A DNA stretch of 64,000 nt from Octopus vulgaris (Eukaryota), in the NCBI GenBank assembly GCA_951406725.2, contig OX597814.1:76322001-76386000 (forward strand), read 5' to 3'. Positions 14,480 through 28,562 of the stretch are shown here, piece by piece. A model generated the notes under the pieces. The model saw only the letters and a program-made list of their open reading frames with translations, was not told where the DNA came from and made no database searches. Every line of letters begins with the position of its first letter. Position 1 is the stretch's first letter. Made by a program: the position numbers and the translations under genes.

Positions 14480-15600
14480 TTCTTCCATTCAATTACCTGG
14501 TCATTATCTAGTCAAGCAACATACCTCAAACATTTCTACAGCTCATTGACTTCTAAACCTGGGAAACTCTGGTAGTTTAGGTCAACTAAAAGGTTGAAGT
14601 TTCACCATTTCTATACTGACGATACCTTTCATAGCAGTTCTACTTCATCTCAGATCTGTCTCAAACAGCCAAACAGATCATGAAACCACCTTCCTAGGAA
14701 TGTTCCTTCATATCCTTTAACATAACCAAAACCAATAAAACCAAATGTCCGGCTGGTTCACTCACAGCTGTACTATATCAGTACAGACTAAGAATACTTC
14801 TTACAGCATCTGGAGGAAATCATCCACCATCCCCAGCTACATGGTAACTATTAAGAAAGCAAAAGACGCCTTCATACACTGCACGACCTGTAAACTTACT
14901 CACTTTAAAATTGCTATCAGGTATTCTGTATTCTGGTATCTTGCCAAGAAGGTCTTCACTAATTTTGCAGAATTTTTGTACCTGCCACTCATCAACTAAG
15001 ATAGCTCTGTAAATAGCACTCCTATAGAGAAAGCACTACATGCATACCCAACAAAATTATTTCTAGACAACCCTTTCCCATTTCATTTACTGTACAGTCA
15101 CATGCATATACTTGTCTCATATGAAAAATTTGCTTTTCACTCCAAATTAACATGGTGATCATTCTTGATGCTATTCTTTCTATATTGTTCTCCAGAGCTG
15201 GTTTTTAATCATCACACAACTCTTCAGCTTTTCTTTGAAGTGACCTATCTAAAGCTTTGGAAATATACTGTATCTCCCATCCCTAAGAATGGAAAACACT
15301 CTGAATTTACTAACTACCACTCTCTTATTAACTTCTGTGATCTCATGAGTGTTGGAAACTGGGGAAAAAATACCACCTCCTTAATCACCTTTATTCTTTC
15401 AAAAAATTGACCTGAGATTTGCTCTCCTTTGTCCCACACACATATCTTATCCATGAAAAACTGCAATATTATTTGCCTTTACATCAACAAAGCCTTTCAC
15501 CATATTTGGCATAGAAACTTCTGACTTAATTGCTTATCTGTCATCTCTATGTCTTTCTCATCTCGTGAATCAAAAGTTTTTTGTCAATGTGCCTTAGTTG
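14480..15600 (+). pseudogene. Highly decayed non-LTR retrotransposon (CR1/L2/Jockey-like)
   Basis: WKYTVSPIPKNG..TNYH and YINKAFHHIWH resemble RT domains 1-3. Confidence 0.55.
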
Positions 15601-15734
15601 TGTGCACTACTTTCCCCCATCTCTTTCTCTCTCTCTCTCTCTCTCTGGTGAACTCCACAATACTTTACTTACAATAAGCTATGAACCAACATCACGGGCT
15701 TGTTCAATAATTTATTGACTCAATGTACACCAAC

Positions 15735-17105
15735 AACTTGTGTAGCAGCATTATAGTCAACTGCTACAAAAGTAAAGGCAACACTTTAGAAAGAAATGAT
15801 TAGAAAAACATCAAGTAGCTGGACCAGATGATTAGCTTCATGTCTTCTCAAGCACAACAAATTGCCAGAAGTCTCGGCCACTTGTTATCATTTCCATGAG
15901 ACTCAACAACCAAATATCACATGTCACTACCTCATCCCACATCTTCCTGCATCTAGAGAAATCACAGAGAAAGTCATAGCTCAACTAATTTGGAAGAGAG
16001 TTAGTATACATGAGATGCTGTTTGGTTTTGTGCCAGGGAGAAGTAATACTGACGCTATCTTCCTGGTAAGGCAGCTTCAGGGGAAGTATCTGATCAAAAA
16101 TAAACCTCTGTACTTGGCTTTTGTTGACATGGAGAAAGACTTTGACATGGCCACTCCCTTATCTGGTGGTCAATGCAAAAGGTAGGGATAGATGAGTGGT
16201 TGATGAGAGCTGTACAAGCCACGTACAGAGATACTGTCAGTAAGGTGAAAGTTGAAAAGTACAACAATGAATTCAGTGTACAGGCGGGAGTTCACCATGG
16301 ATCAGTTCTCTGCACCCTCTTATTCATCATAGTCCACCAGGCCACAACAGGGGAATTTAAGACTGACTACTTCTGGTAGCTCCTCTATGCTGATGACCTT
16401 GTTCTAATAACTGAATCATTCCCAGAACTAGAGAAGTAATTTCCAGTGTGGAAGCAAGATCTGGAATCAAAAGGCCTGACAGTTAATTTAGCAAAAACCA
16501 AAGTCCTAGTAAGTAGGTAAATAAACAAATCACAAGTCCCTTCGGGAAAATGGCCCTGCTTGATATGCAGAAAAGGTGTAGGTAGAAACTCCATAAGGTA
16601 TACCTGATGCAAGCTATGGGCACATAACATGTCCAGCAGTATCAGAGGAAGGTTAACGGGGAAAGTAATCTTTATGTATGGAAGATGTGCAGGTACAATA
16701 AACACTAGGACCACTAGGAACATACATGATGACAAGTGACAGACTTCTGGCAATTTTTTGTGCTTCAGAAGACATATCAAGCTAAGTGAAATTATGGCCA
16801 GTACTGGTGATACATAAAAGGCATCTATGCCGGTGACATGGAAAAGCACCTGTGTCAGCAAAACATTAAAGGGACCCTGCCAGTGACACGTAAAAGGCAC
16901 TTGTACCAGTGACACATGAAAGATATCCAGTATATTCTGTAAAGCAGTTGGCATTAAGAAGGGCATTCAGCCTTAGAAAGCAAGCCAAAACAGACAACTG
17001 AAGCCTGGTGCAGTTCACCAGCTTACCAGCTTTAGTCAGAATTTCCAACCCATGCCAGCATGGAAAATGAACATTAAATGATGATGGTGATGATGCTGAT
17101 GATGA
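15735..17105 (+). mobile_element. Decayed RTE LINE with internal deletion and an inverted insert
   Basis: FGFVPGRSNTDAIFLVRQLQ, LAFVDMEK, LLYADDLVLI, WPCLICRKGVG; 3'UTR and (GAT)n tail. Confidence 0.9.
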
Positions 17106-17380
17106 TGAACCACATGAGTCATGGCTCATCATCAGGCAAGCTGCACCACTAAAAAACAGTTCAAGACCATTTTTCATTAGGTATGCCATTCAGAAAGTCC
17201 TGCAAGCTGTAGCTTTTCCCATGATTATACTTGACTTTAGTACTTCTTGAACTAAAGAGAATAGAATTGTGATATCCAAAGTCATAAAAAATGGCTGTAA
17301 TGAATATGAAATCAAGGCACGTGAGCTATTAATATGAAACAATACTCTACAGTGTTTTTTTTTACCTCTAATGACTTCAG

Positions 17381-17443
17381 AATTCTTCATCATCTACCTC
17401 AACTAATGATGCAGAAATATTTCATTGTTTTGAAAATGGCATG
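17381..17443 (+). CDS. Candidate 63-nt internal exon of an unidentified host gene
   Basis: T-tract + CTAAT branch-like motif + TTCAG acceptor; donor ATG/GTTAGT. Length divisible by 3; open in two frames (NSSSSTSTNDAEIFHCFENGM or ILHHLPQLMMQKYFIVLKMA). Confidence 0.4.
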
Positions 17444-18230
17444 GTTAGTATGTCCTTTTCACTTTCTTCACAATGGGTCACATGTATTATTTTTGCTAAG
17501 CACATGATAGCATTTTGTTAGTCAACAAAAGACCCATTTTGACAAGCACAACATAACAGAGGATAGAGGCATTCATCAGCTGGTACCAGTATAAGTTTAC
17601 TGCTGTTGCTTGTTTTTTCTAATACATTTAAATTTGTAATACTTTAAATTATTAACAGATGACTTCTCTTATCAATATCAATTGTAATTTACTGATTTTT
17701 TCTTTTATTTTTGTCATAAAGCAGTAGATATTTTATGAAAGGTGGTAGGTTTTTAACAATAAATTCTGTTGAGTTTTAATTATGTTAATCTCATTAATGT
17801 TCCTCAATAAGATAAAAAAATTTTTTTAAATAATTTGTTTGAAGATAATAATCCCATTATATTGATGGTATGCATATCAGATTTCTACCATTAAATACTC
17901 CCTCAAAAAAATAATTTAAAGTCCACTATGGCAACAAAACTTCCTTAGCTGAGAAATTAGGTTAATCTACTGGACAAAAGTTACTGAATTGTCTGACGTA
18001 CAAATCAAATTTCTCTGGCTGAAATTTACAGCCACAAAAAAGATAAGTGAACTTATACATAAAGATGACTTTGAAGGACTAAAAGTTCCATATGCAATGA
18101 AGCAGGATTTGGGAAGATAGTGATGATGTTTTAAGGCTTACACTATATGTTTAAATTATATATAATGTCAATTTGTAAGCTGAAAAATATAGTAAGTTAA
18201 GCCAGTGCATAGAAGAAAATACTTCTTTAA

Positions 18231-20490
18231 CCTTCTGTCTACCAATGGGTCCAATGGAACCATTTCAGTTTTTTCAGTTGCTTTTTCCTACTGTTTATAT
18301 TATTTAATTCTGCTTGTTTCTCATGACTTATTTTTTCTTGACTCTCTTTTATTTGTTGAATGGGATATTTTCCGTATGTTTATAAAAGCTAGAAAATTTC
18401 ACTTTATACATTAATTACCTTAAGGGGTCTATTGGACCCTTGAATTAAATTCAGAAATTACTCTTGTCATTCTAAACAGAATAAAAGCAGTATCAAATAT
18501 TATTTTCCTAGATATTTATCAAATATAAAATAGATAAAATTATATTCAATTCATTTGCTGAAGTTTAGATAAAATAGGAAAAATTATGAAAATATTCCTG
18601 TAAATTTGTTTGGTATTGCGTCACCTCCAGTCTGCTAGGTTATAGGGTGATGCAATATTTGTATGTGATGAAGCAATTCTTACCAATATATTGTATCATC
18701 TTTCAGGAGAGTATAAATATGTGAGAGAGCAATATCTGCTTTTAGACTGCTATCAAGTTTCATATAGTTCAGTTGTGCTTTCCAATATGGTTAGACTTGA
18801 AAACTTGAGTGAAGAGCAAATATTGAAAAGGTTATTGGAATTAGATGAAGAATGAGAAAAAGATAGTAGTGATTCCTTCTATAGCTCTGAAAATGATGGT
18901 GAAAATGATTGTGTGTTGGACAGTTTAAGTTCTGTGTTGTCAGATGATGAAGATATGCAAAAACAATTATCTGCAAGCCACCCAATTATGAATGAACAAT
19001 ATGTTTCTAGAGACAGACAAGAAGTTTGGCATTCTAATCCTCTTACTCAAGCAGCAGTAAGAACTTCATCTTGCAATGTTGTGCACCAAGAATGTGGACC
19101 ATCCCGTTTTGCTAAAAGGTCTTGCAATAGCATTGGAACATGTTTTATTATTTTTATGTGCCATGGACAAATGTTGAAGGTCAGGTTGTTTACAAAGATA
19201 AATGGAAGGAAATTGATCATTCTGAATTAAAGAAATTTATTGGACTGATTATTCTTATAGGTATTTATAAATCTAAACATAAAAATGTCACACAGTTATG
19301 GAGTCAAGAAGATGGCCACCCAATATTCAACAAAATTATGAGCTGGGGAAGATTTCAACAGATTTTACAAGTGTTGTTTTTTGATGATGCTAGTGCAAGA
19401 AGAAAAAAAGAAATGATGATAAATTGGAGCCTATAAAAGAAGTATTTGAAATGTGAAATCAGAATTTGCAAGATGGATATGTTCCAAGTTGATGCGTGAC
19501 AATTGATGAACAATTAGTTTCATTCAGAGGGTGCTGCCCATTCCGGGTATATATTCCTTCAAAACCAGGGAAATATGGAATTAAAATTTGGGCAATATGG
19601 ACAGTGAAATATCTATCTTATGCCTGGAAAATGCAAATCTACACTGGAAAAGTCCCAGTAAAAGGGAGAGAGACAAATCAAAGTTCAAAAGTTATTGACC
19701 TAGTAAAAGAACTTGAAAATACAGGTTACAATATAACTTATAATTTCTTTACAAGTCTAGGATTGGCTTGAAAGCTGCTTAGCAAGAAAACTTGCAACTT
19801 AGTTGGAACAATTAGAAAGAAGAGAGTTGAACTTCCAAGTGCTTTCACAAATGGAAAAGAAAGAAAAATCAAGAGCACAATATTTGGATTTCAAAAGGAT
19901 TCTATGATCCTATCTTATTGTCCCCCGCCCCAAAAAAAATTATGTAGTCACACTTATGAGTACAAAGTATTCTCAGTTTTCAGTTTATTCAAAAAGTGCT
20001 GAAAAGAAACCTGAAGCTCTTACATATTACAACAAAACAAAAGAAGGAGTAGATACCCTAGGTAAGATGGTAAGGATATACACTCGCAAAAGAATGACTC
20101 GAAGATGGCCTATGGTTATATTGTACAACATGATTGATATAAGTACAGTGAAAGCTTTCATTGTCGCCAAACAGCTTCACTTGCAAAGTTTCAAGGATAA
20201 AAAATGACAGTGCTTAATTCAGTTAGGAAAGGAACTTGCTGGAGTTAATGATAAACAAGAACATGACAAACAATCTTCTAGTTCAGCTAACATTTCTCAA
20301 CTAAACAAGAAAAGAAGTCAATCTCTAACTTCATTTGAGATTCCTCAGCCAAAGAAAAAAGGAAGATATTCTTTGTGTGACCCCCAAAAAGATAGGAAAA
20401 CTCGTACTACAGGTAAGAATTGTAATATCCATGTTTGCCAAGAACATTCCAATGTTGTCTGCATTCACTGCCACGAAGAGCTGTAATTCT
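18231..20490 (+). mobile_element. piggyBac transposon (PGBD4-like transposase pseudogene); right end not found
   Basis: TTAA/CC left end; GGGTC-N5-GA(A/C)CC subterminal palindromes at ~18247 and ~18425; TIDEQLVSFRG..YIPSKPGKYGIKIW, NFFTS, YYNKTKEGVD; C-terminal Cys-rich domain (..CNIHVCQEH..CIHC). Stops and frameshifts present. Confidence 0.92.
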
Positions 20491-22009
20491 GTATTTTTGT
20501 AATTTTTAAAACCAAGGGTTATCAGCTAACATTATCAGCTAACATTGAAAGCAATTAGCTAGTTCCATGTACTACCAGTTAATAAATTTTTATATAAAAT
20601 AAAATTAATTTACTCACAATCTTAAAGCTATCCAGGTTATTTATATTAGCATGCAAAATATACCAACAAATATTTTTAGTCTTTTTTTTCTTCCATGGCT
20701 GTCATGGAATACTTATGTGTGTCTTCTAGTTTACACAACTTTTAATAATTAACAGTAGACAATAATATTGATTGGATGTTTTTGAAGCTAGCTGGTGGCT
20801 AAACTCCTTCACTGTTTTGAAAATTAACAACAAAGAATTTAAAATCTTGGGTGATACATATTATAATTTATCAACATATTTGTTAATTAAAATTACCTTC
20901 AATGCTTCACCAATTAATTCAATTTACATGGATGTATAATTATATTTTCCATAGAAGATGCATGATTTGTTTTCTCTTTTATAGAAGATTCTCATAAATA
21001 TGTATAACCAGTTTGTAATTAAACTACAGTATCAGGTTAATGAATGAAGCAGACAGTAAGATTTCCTTAAGAAAACTCAGTATATGTATAATTGTGGTTG
21101 TTGCTGCGTTGCTTGAATAATACTATAGCCTAAACTAATATATCATTCACTGCTTCCCTCAACCTAACACCACCAACACTACTACCTACACCATGACCAT
21201 CATAAATAACAACTTTTTCCCTAACCACCACAATCACTGCCTTCATCATTATCAGTAACAGCAACAATATTACTATCATCATTGTCAACATCATCAGCAC
21301 CATTAATTTAACCATCATTAATTGCAACACTGTCATCACCACCATCACCACCAGCACTAATGACAACTGATTGCATGCACCAACGAGTGACTTTGATGTG
21401 GTTGCTCAAACCGCTAGAAATAGCAGCTATATCTTCTTAAAACACCTCACACCATATTAATAAAGGACACATTAGATAATGTGATCCAAAAAATGGCATG
21501 CTGAAAAGACGGATAGAGTGGTCATGACTAGGAATATATAGGTTGGTAACTGATGTGCTCATACCAAACTATATCTTCCCAAAATGGCTATCAGACTTTG
21601 CACTTGCTCAAGATTCTTTTTAAAATCATTTTATACTAACTTTCTCATCTATTTGGATTACCGCTATACTTTCACCATACGCATATTTTAATATCCTCAT
21701 TGGTTTTAATATGAACATACAACCTCACAAGTACATTTATTATTTTTATATATCTATATTTATATATTTATAAATTTTTATATTATATCTTGTGTTGATG
21801 AATGCACTTGTGTATGCTGTGAAGTATTCTGACGCTTTGAAATACATTGAGTGAATATGAACACTGATCTTTGAAATTTGTTCTCTCTTTCTTGGTTTTA
21901 TATTCCTGAGGCTCTATTAGAGTGCTAATTAGTTGTACTGTATAAGGGAATAATTACTCCATTTATTTCTTCATTATATATAATATATATATATATATGA
22001 TGGCAATAG

Positions 22010-22262
22010 CTGAACAATCTGCACAAATGATTTGTTTATAGCGATCAAATGTTTGTACTGCACATTAGCTCACTTTCTTCATTAAATCGACATTGTTTGA
22101 ACAGGTGCACAGTGTACCATGTGTCAGATGTCAAAGTGATCGCAGAGCAATGGGTGATGAAGTGTTTTGCTCAAAAAGCACAATGCACTACCCGGTCTAG
22201 GAACTGAAATCACAATCATTAGATCATGAGTGTGATACCCTAACCACTATGCCATGTGCCTT
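22010..22262 (-). mobile_element. tRNA-derived SINE
   Basis: Reverse-strand homologue of 3950-4215 (GAAGGCACATGGCATAGTGGTTAGGG..). Confidence 0.75.
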
Positions 22263-22888
22263 CACACACACACACACACACACACACCCACCACCACCAC
22301 CACTTAACAACTGGTGTTTACATTCCAACAACTTAGCAGTTCAGCAAAACAATTTGATAGAATAAGTACTAGGCGTTAAGAAAAGTCCTGGAGTTGATCT
22401 CATTATCATCATCATCATCATCATGATTCTCTATAAACATACAAATGTTCCTGCCAAATGGATTCTTGAACGTTCTGGATTATCAATTATTTAAAGGCAA
22501 GAAAATTCAATTCAAAGCAGTTATCCCACACCTATATGAGCCTTGTTGCTTTTCTTCATATGTTAATCTCTCACCTACTCTTGACAAATCTTATTTACCC
22601 ACAGTGCTACTTCAGGATTTGCACAAGTTGATGGTTTTTTCCCATCTATTAGTCTCACAACTTGCTTATCTTTTTTTTCTATTGAGGTAGTCTAAATTCA
22701 GCTTCTTATATATGTGAACTTAGATAAAGATGAGCATGAAGGGGTGATATAAAGTGGTCTGTCCAGGTGTTGGAAAGGTGAAAAGTTGAGAGGAGCAATG
22801 AACAATGGAGAGAGAGGGTACAAAGTGAGTGGGGTAAAGAAGGATGTAAGAGTAGGGGTAAGGGGCAGATTAGGTAGGGTGCAAATAT

Positions 22889-22921
<33 letters not shown>

Positions 22922-22999
22922 TTATATATATATAATCACAGCTTTTAAATCCCTATCTTTCTGTCAGAGTATATTTTGCATTTTGGTATTGGTGGGCTT

Positions 23000-23320
23000 T
23001 CTGTACCACAACATATTACCAGTCAGTACAGTTCTTTGTCATCTCTGTTAGACACAGCATCTTTAGATCAGACTTCACTGCTTTTTCCAAGTCTTCCTTG
23101 GTCACTCTCTTCCAAAAGTTTCTCTTTCATGGAGTATTTGGCACTATGCAGAAGTCATTGTATTACATGCTTGTACCAGTGCAGCCTTCTCTCTTGCACA
23201 CTGCACCTTATTCCTCTTGTAACCATATTTTCTCTTTGTTCATTTGTACTCTGGACTGCATGCACACTAATATTACACATCCATCTGAGCAAACTGGCTT
23301 CATTTTCTTCTAGCCTTTGT
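23000..23320 (-). pseudogene. RTE LINE C-terminal fragment
   Basis: Minus strand: ENEASLLRWMCNISVH..IRCSVQERRLHWY. Confidence 0.85.
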
Positions 23321-23321
23321 A

Positions 23322-23397
23322 AAGCCAACATCTTTATCTAAAGTCAACACCTTTATCTAAGGCCAACACCTTTATCTAAGACCAGCACCTTTATCTA
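23322..23397. repeat. 19-bp minisatellite x4 (AAGCCAACACCTTTATCTA)
   Basis: Four adjacent near-identical units. Confidence 0.95.
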
Positions 23398-23441
23398 GTC
23401 ATTCATTGCAGTGTAACAGTTTGCAACATCAGTGATATGAC

Positions 23442-26400
23442 CAGTGGTAAATCTACCATAAAACTAATGATGCTTAAGCTTCAGGGCCTCTAATCCTGGA
23501 GGGGCCCCTTTGAAGCAACTTAATTTTTTCATTCTGTCAATTTTTTTGTTTTTGTATTTTGCCTTTCAGATTGTTGTTACCAGTCTTAGTGGACATCATA
23601 CCATACTCCTACGCAGAGTATGGTATGATGTCTAACCACGAGCTGTTCACCTACTGTTTCTGCCAGTGTGGAATAGCATAAAAAATAAAAAGTACAAACG
23701 ACTTGCAGATAGTTTGCTTTCCTTGAATTATTTTGGAAACTCTGGCCCTGCCCCTCCCATTGTCAAATATGTCTACTACTACATTAAAATGGTAGAAATA
23801 AGAATTCTCTTTTTCCCACTATTATTTAATGACCAATGAAAGGGTTTGCCTCCTAATTTTGAACTTGAAATCTGTTTAGTAACAGAACATTATTTCTACT
23901 TAAAAATTGTTTAAATATCACCTTGTATAAAATGAACAATTCTTCATTTATGACTATATATTAAGTTGTGGACCCTTATCTTGATCGATCTGTTTTGCTG
24001 TGGCTAATGAAAGTTTTGGCCCAATTTTTTTTTCACAGAGGTCTTGGCCCCAAGAGGAATAGCAATGTCTTCAAGAAAGTACTTAAGCGGATACCAGAAA
24101 TGCAACTCAAGGAAAAGCAATCTAATGAAATTTCTAAATGTCAATAACTATCAAACTATTTTACAATGTCAGGTAAAAGTTTGTCATCACCCGCAACTGA
24201 AACAAGCCATGCAAGCACCAGTGAAGTCAATGATAGTGCACAAACAATGAATGCTCTGTTTAGAAATAATCAACCTACTGTTGACACTTTTATTGCAGAT
24301 GATGATAAACAAGAAAAGAGAGATGAGAAACAGGAAACAGGAAGCAAATTTAGTGATTTCAAAGAATACAGTGACCTGATAAACTGGCCCATAATAATTG
24401 GTAATGATTTCATACAAAACTATTTAATGTAAGACATCAGTTTTTCTCAAAATAAAAAAAAAAACAGATAATGTATATACTGAATCCAACAAGATTTACA
24501 AACAACAAAAGTGATGTTTCTCAAACAAGTACTATTTTGAAGTACTAAAAAGAGTTGTAGCAGTTATAAAGATTTTAAGTGAAAGAGTTTTAGCATTTAG
24601 AGGTCATGAGGAAAAAAGTGGGGCTCTCCAAACAATGGAAATTTCATGGGGTCCACTGGGCTTACTGCAGAATTTGACCCACTTTACATGAACATTTAGA
24701 GAAATGAAAAAATAAATATTACTTACCTGTTCAAATCTGTGTATGAAGAATTGATAGAAATCATTGGAAAAACGTGAAAGATGAAGAAGTTAACCAGATC
24801 TACAACCTATACATCAAATACTACTCAATTATGGTTGACTCTGCACCCGACATAACACATGTTGACCAGCTGGTAATTATGATTCAATACTGTTGTAATG
24901 GAAAACTCTGTGAGAGATTTTTAGCATTTTTGGCAAGAGAAAAACATTCATCCACATCCTTGTTCAACAAAATAACAATTTCTTGGGGAGCATAAGCTTT
25001 CACTTGAAAATATCCATGGTCAGTCGTACGATAACGCTTCCAACATGAAGGGCAGGCTGCAAGCATGTCTTAAAAACGTTAATAGGTATGCAGATTATGT
25101 ACCATGTGGAAGCCATTGAGTCAACCTTGTTTGGTAAAAGGCAGTGTCCGCTGTACCTGAAGCTGTTGGCTATTTTGGAATCTTGCAGCAGTTGTATGTT
25201 TTCTTTTCTGAATCTCCTTGAAGATGGGGGATTTTGAATCTAGCCTTTTCTCAAAAGAGCTTAAGTGTAACTAGATGGTCTGCTCACTGTGAAGTAGTCC
25301 AGGCAATTAAAAATGGATATAGGGATATTTTATAAACCCTCAAACATATGTTTGAAGACTCAGAAGAGTAGCCTAAATGTAAGCGAGATACAAAGAATTT
25401 ATACCACAAGTTTGGGAAGAAGTTATGGAGTAAGAAACTCCAAACCCCTAGTTCTGATGTGTTTGAAGGTTACCTTCTGCTAGCATCTTTGCTTTCATTT
25501 GTTAAAGAACTATGAGAAAATTCAGCCAACAGGATTGCGCATTATGAATCAGTTGCAAAAGGTTTTTGTGAATATATGACCTCAGATTATTCTGATGTTT
25601 CCAAATGCATTGTTACAAAGAAATTTTTAGATGGAACAAGTGATAGGGTTTCTTTGAAAGGGGCTGAAAAATTTAGGATAGAAGTTTTAAATCAAGTCTA
25701 TGACTGCTTGATAATCCAGTTAAGCAAGAGGATGGACCCATACGAGCAGATTGCAAAAAGGTTCAAGTTTCTCTCAGAACTGATGAACAATTCAGAATTT
25801 GATGAGAACAGTATCAAATTCATAATATTGCACTACGAAAATGATATTGACTGCTAATTATTAAATGAGTGTTATCAGTTCAAAGAGTATTTACACCTTA
25901 GGAAATACCAGAACACAGAAGAAAACACAGCATCTAAAATGCAATGCACAGAAGTTCTTCAGCTTATTTATGAGCAACAATTAATTGAAGTGTCACCTAA
26001 TATTACCACTACACAAAGCTGTACTTGACAATGCCTATCCTCAAAGGAGTTCCTCAAAGCTTTCTTTTGTAAAGAATAAATTTTGGTCTACTACAACTGA
26101 AGAGCACTTAAATTCCTTATGCATATTGTCACTAGAAAATGACATTGCAAGGAAGCTATCATATGACAAAACTGTTGCTACAAAAAACAGAAAAAAGAGT
26201 ATTTTGTAGTTTTCATATGTATCTTAATGATGCATGATGCATGTATATAATGCTTCCCTAATTTTCAACTCCCATAACTCTAGAAATATAAGGCATAGCC
26301 TAGAAAATATTTATAGTGATCTGCCATGGAACAACCACTGACAAATATATTGGTGATTACCCACACCTCATTTCTGGTGGAAAGAGGCTCACTTTCAGAC

Positions 26401-26586
26401 TTATTTTTAAGGACTCCATGTCACAACTTCATCATTTGGGCTATCAGGGTCTCAAGCTGGAGTTCCTTGCAAGGGCACGAAAATTATTTGACCCTTGTTG
26501 GATGTTACCATACTGTTGCTGACTGTAAAGGTGGGGGTGCATAACATTTTAAGCTTCAGGGCCCCAATATTGTAGATCTGCCATTA
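23442..26586 (+). mobile_element. hAT transposon (Tip100/ZMYM1-like transposase pseudogene) with both ends
   Basis: Perfect 8-bp TSD GATATGAC (23434-41 and 26587-94). 15-bp TIRs CAGTGGTAAATCTAC / rc TAATGGCAGATCTAC; AAGCTTCAGGGCC near both ends. YSIMVDSAPDITHVDQL, GQSYDNASNM, TRW, RSSSKL..LNSLCILSLE. Confidence 0.95.
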
Positions 26587-28562
26587 GATATGACAACTGT
26601 GTTTTGCATATTTGTCAGCTATACTGTGCATCAGTGGGTCCTATATTTACACATAAACATACATTAAGGTTATATATGAACTCAAAACCTTTATTTCTAC
26701 TTTGAAGATTTCAGGTGCTGAAGAGAAATAAAAGTTCTGAGTTTAAAGCTCAGTTAGAGATTTGTAAGTATAGAACAAGTGTAGATGATCAGAGATGGAA
26801 CCAATCAAAATGCAGTGTAAAAAAAAAACAAACAAGATTATACTTTTTTATCTCTGATCCCCAATTTCTCATGAAAATTAGAAGTAAGTCTTGATTTAAA
26901 AGATTAATAGTCTGGAAAAAAGTTGAAATGACAATAACATGCCTCCAGAAAATAACCAATTCATCAATATTAGTATTCTTAAACACAAAGATTCCTTGAG
27001 AAAAAGTAAGAAAACTACTGAACCAAAGAGAAGGATATATATAAAAGTTCTCATCAAATTGAACTTCTAAAGCTTGCCTGAACAAACACTGAAAGAAGAT
27101 ACCTTATTTCTGTATTATCACTTGCTTACATATGTTGTTAATAGCTGTGATTAATGATATCAGGGGAATATTTTTCTTTTCTATGTTATTACTTGCTTGT
27201 GCTAAAATGTTATAATAGCTGTGACCACTAAATATTATATCTCTTATACTCTATTCTCCAAAACATTTAGGCATTAGTTATTTTGGGCTTACACATAGAG
27301 TCTGAAAATGTAAAACATGTCAGACAATAACAGAACGTATATTCAAAGTCTTTGTGTACTTACCTCTCATTATATGATGGTATGCTATGGATTGGCATGC
27401 TTATTAGCTTCCTGTATTTTTTGAAAGCATTACTCTGTATATACATAATGGTTTATCATACATACATTTATAATTATGTATGTCTATGTACACATGCATG
27501 TACCTGTATAGGCTTATTATATTTATAGCTTATATAATACATATACATACATTTGCACACACATACTCTCTCTCCCTCTCTCTCACAAGAATGTTTGAAT
27601 ACATACACATCTACTTTGATCTTTGCAAGTATAATAATAAACTGTTAGTCATGCAGAAGCATTTAAGTAGTATTTCAATATGTTAGTGAAAACTAGTCAG
27701 TAGCAGTCTTATTCTTTATTCCATAAATTTCTTGGCTATTTCATTGTCTATACTTACATGTTTCTTTTTTCAGCATTTTTTTTCTTTGCATTTCTCTGAC
27801 ATAAAAGATTTATTCCTTAACTGAAGAACAAAAATTTAGACAACAAAAGAAAATTGGAATTACATGTTGCTCTTTTGGCTCTTTCTTAGAAAACAAGCAA
27901 TGCATTGAAATAATAAAAAGTTTTAGGTTATTTTTGTGGGAACTTTACCATCTTCACTGTATTCATCTAAGCTTAAATGCATTCAACTGAGAAGTTACTG
28001 ATAGTTAAACAAATAAGGTATTTGCTTGTAGGCTAAGGAACTATGGTATCTGTATCCTGTCTCCAGTTAAAATTGAGTTTCTGACCAAATCATTATACTA
28101 AATAGCTACAGTATAGATCAGGGATGTATAGATAAGAAGTACTTCATTAGTTTATAGACCTGAGTTTGAATTCCACCATGGCATATCTTGGATAACTCAA
28201 GTTCTAAACTAAACAAAACCAGGAGACAGCAAGCTATTTTGCAGACAATTCAGATTGGAAATATTTTTATGTTTTGCAGGTCAGAGTGAATAAAATGTCT
28301 GAACTTGACTATATAAGGCTGAAGAAGAAGTTTGATTTTTTGTTTTACTTAATTTTTCAAATATATCATCTGTTGTAATGAAGGAATTGTTACACATTTA
28401 ATGATGTAAAAATCAGTATATGCTATATTTGACATAGCATACTGAAGGTTCAAAGTATTTTCAGATCGGTTGAACAAGAGTGATTTTGGCTTTGGGTAAA
28501 TGTGGTACTTGTTAGTTTATTTGCTTTCTTCAAAGGACTAGTAATCATTTATTCATATACAC

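Noticed and set aside
20490-21060. Right TIR of the piggyBac element
   Set aside because: AGGGTTA (~20516) and AGGTTAA (~21034) do not match the left-end sequence beyond a few bases.
26789-27412. Minus-strand 49-nt exon candidate (EANKHANPIAYHHIMR, GTAAGT donor) and the 98-aa ORF
   Set aside because: The acceptor lacks a pyrimidine tract, and joining to nearby acceptors gives early stops.
28281-28380. Strong acceptor TTTTATGTTTTGCAG followed by a short open frame
   Set aside because: No donor or recognisable product; such motifs arise by chance in T-rich DNA.
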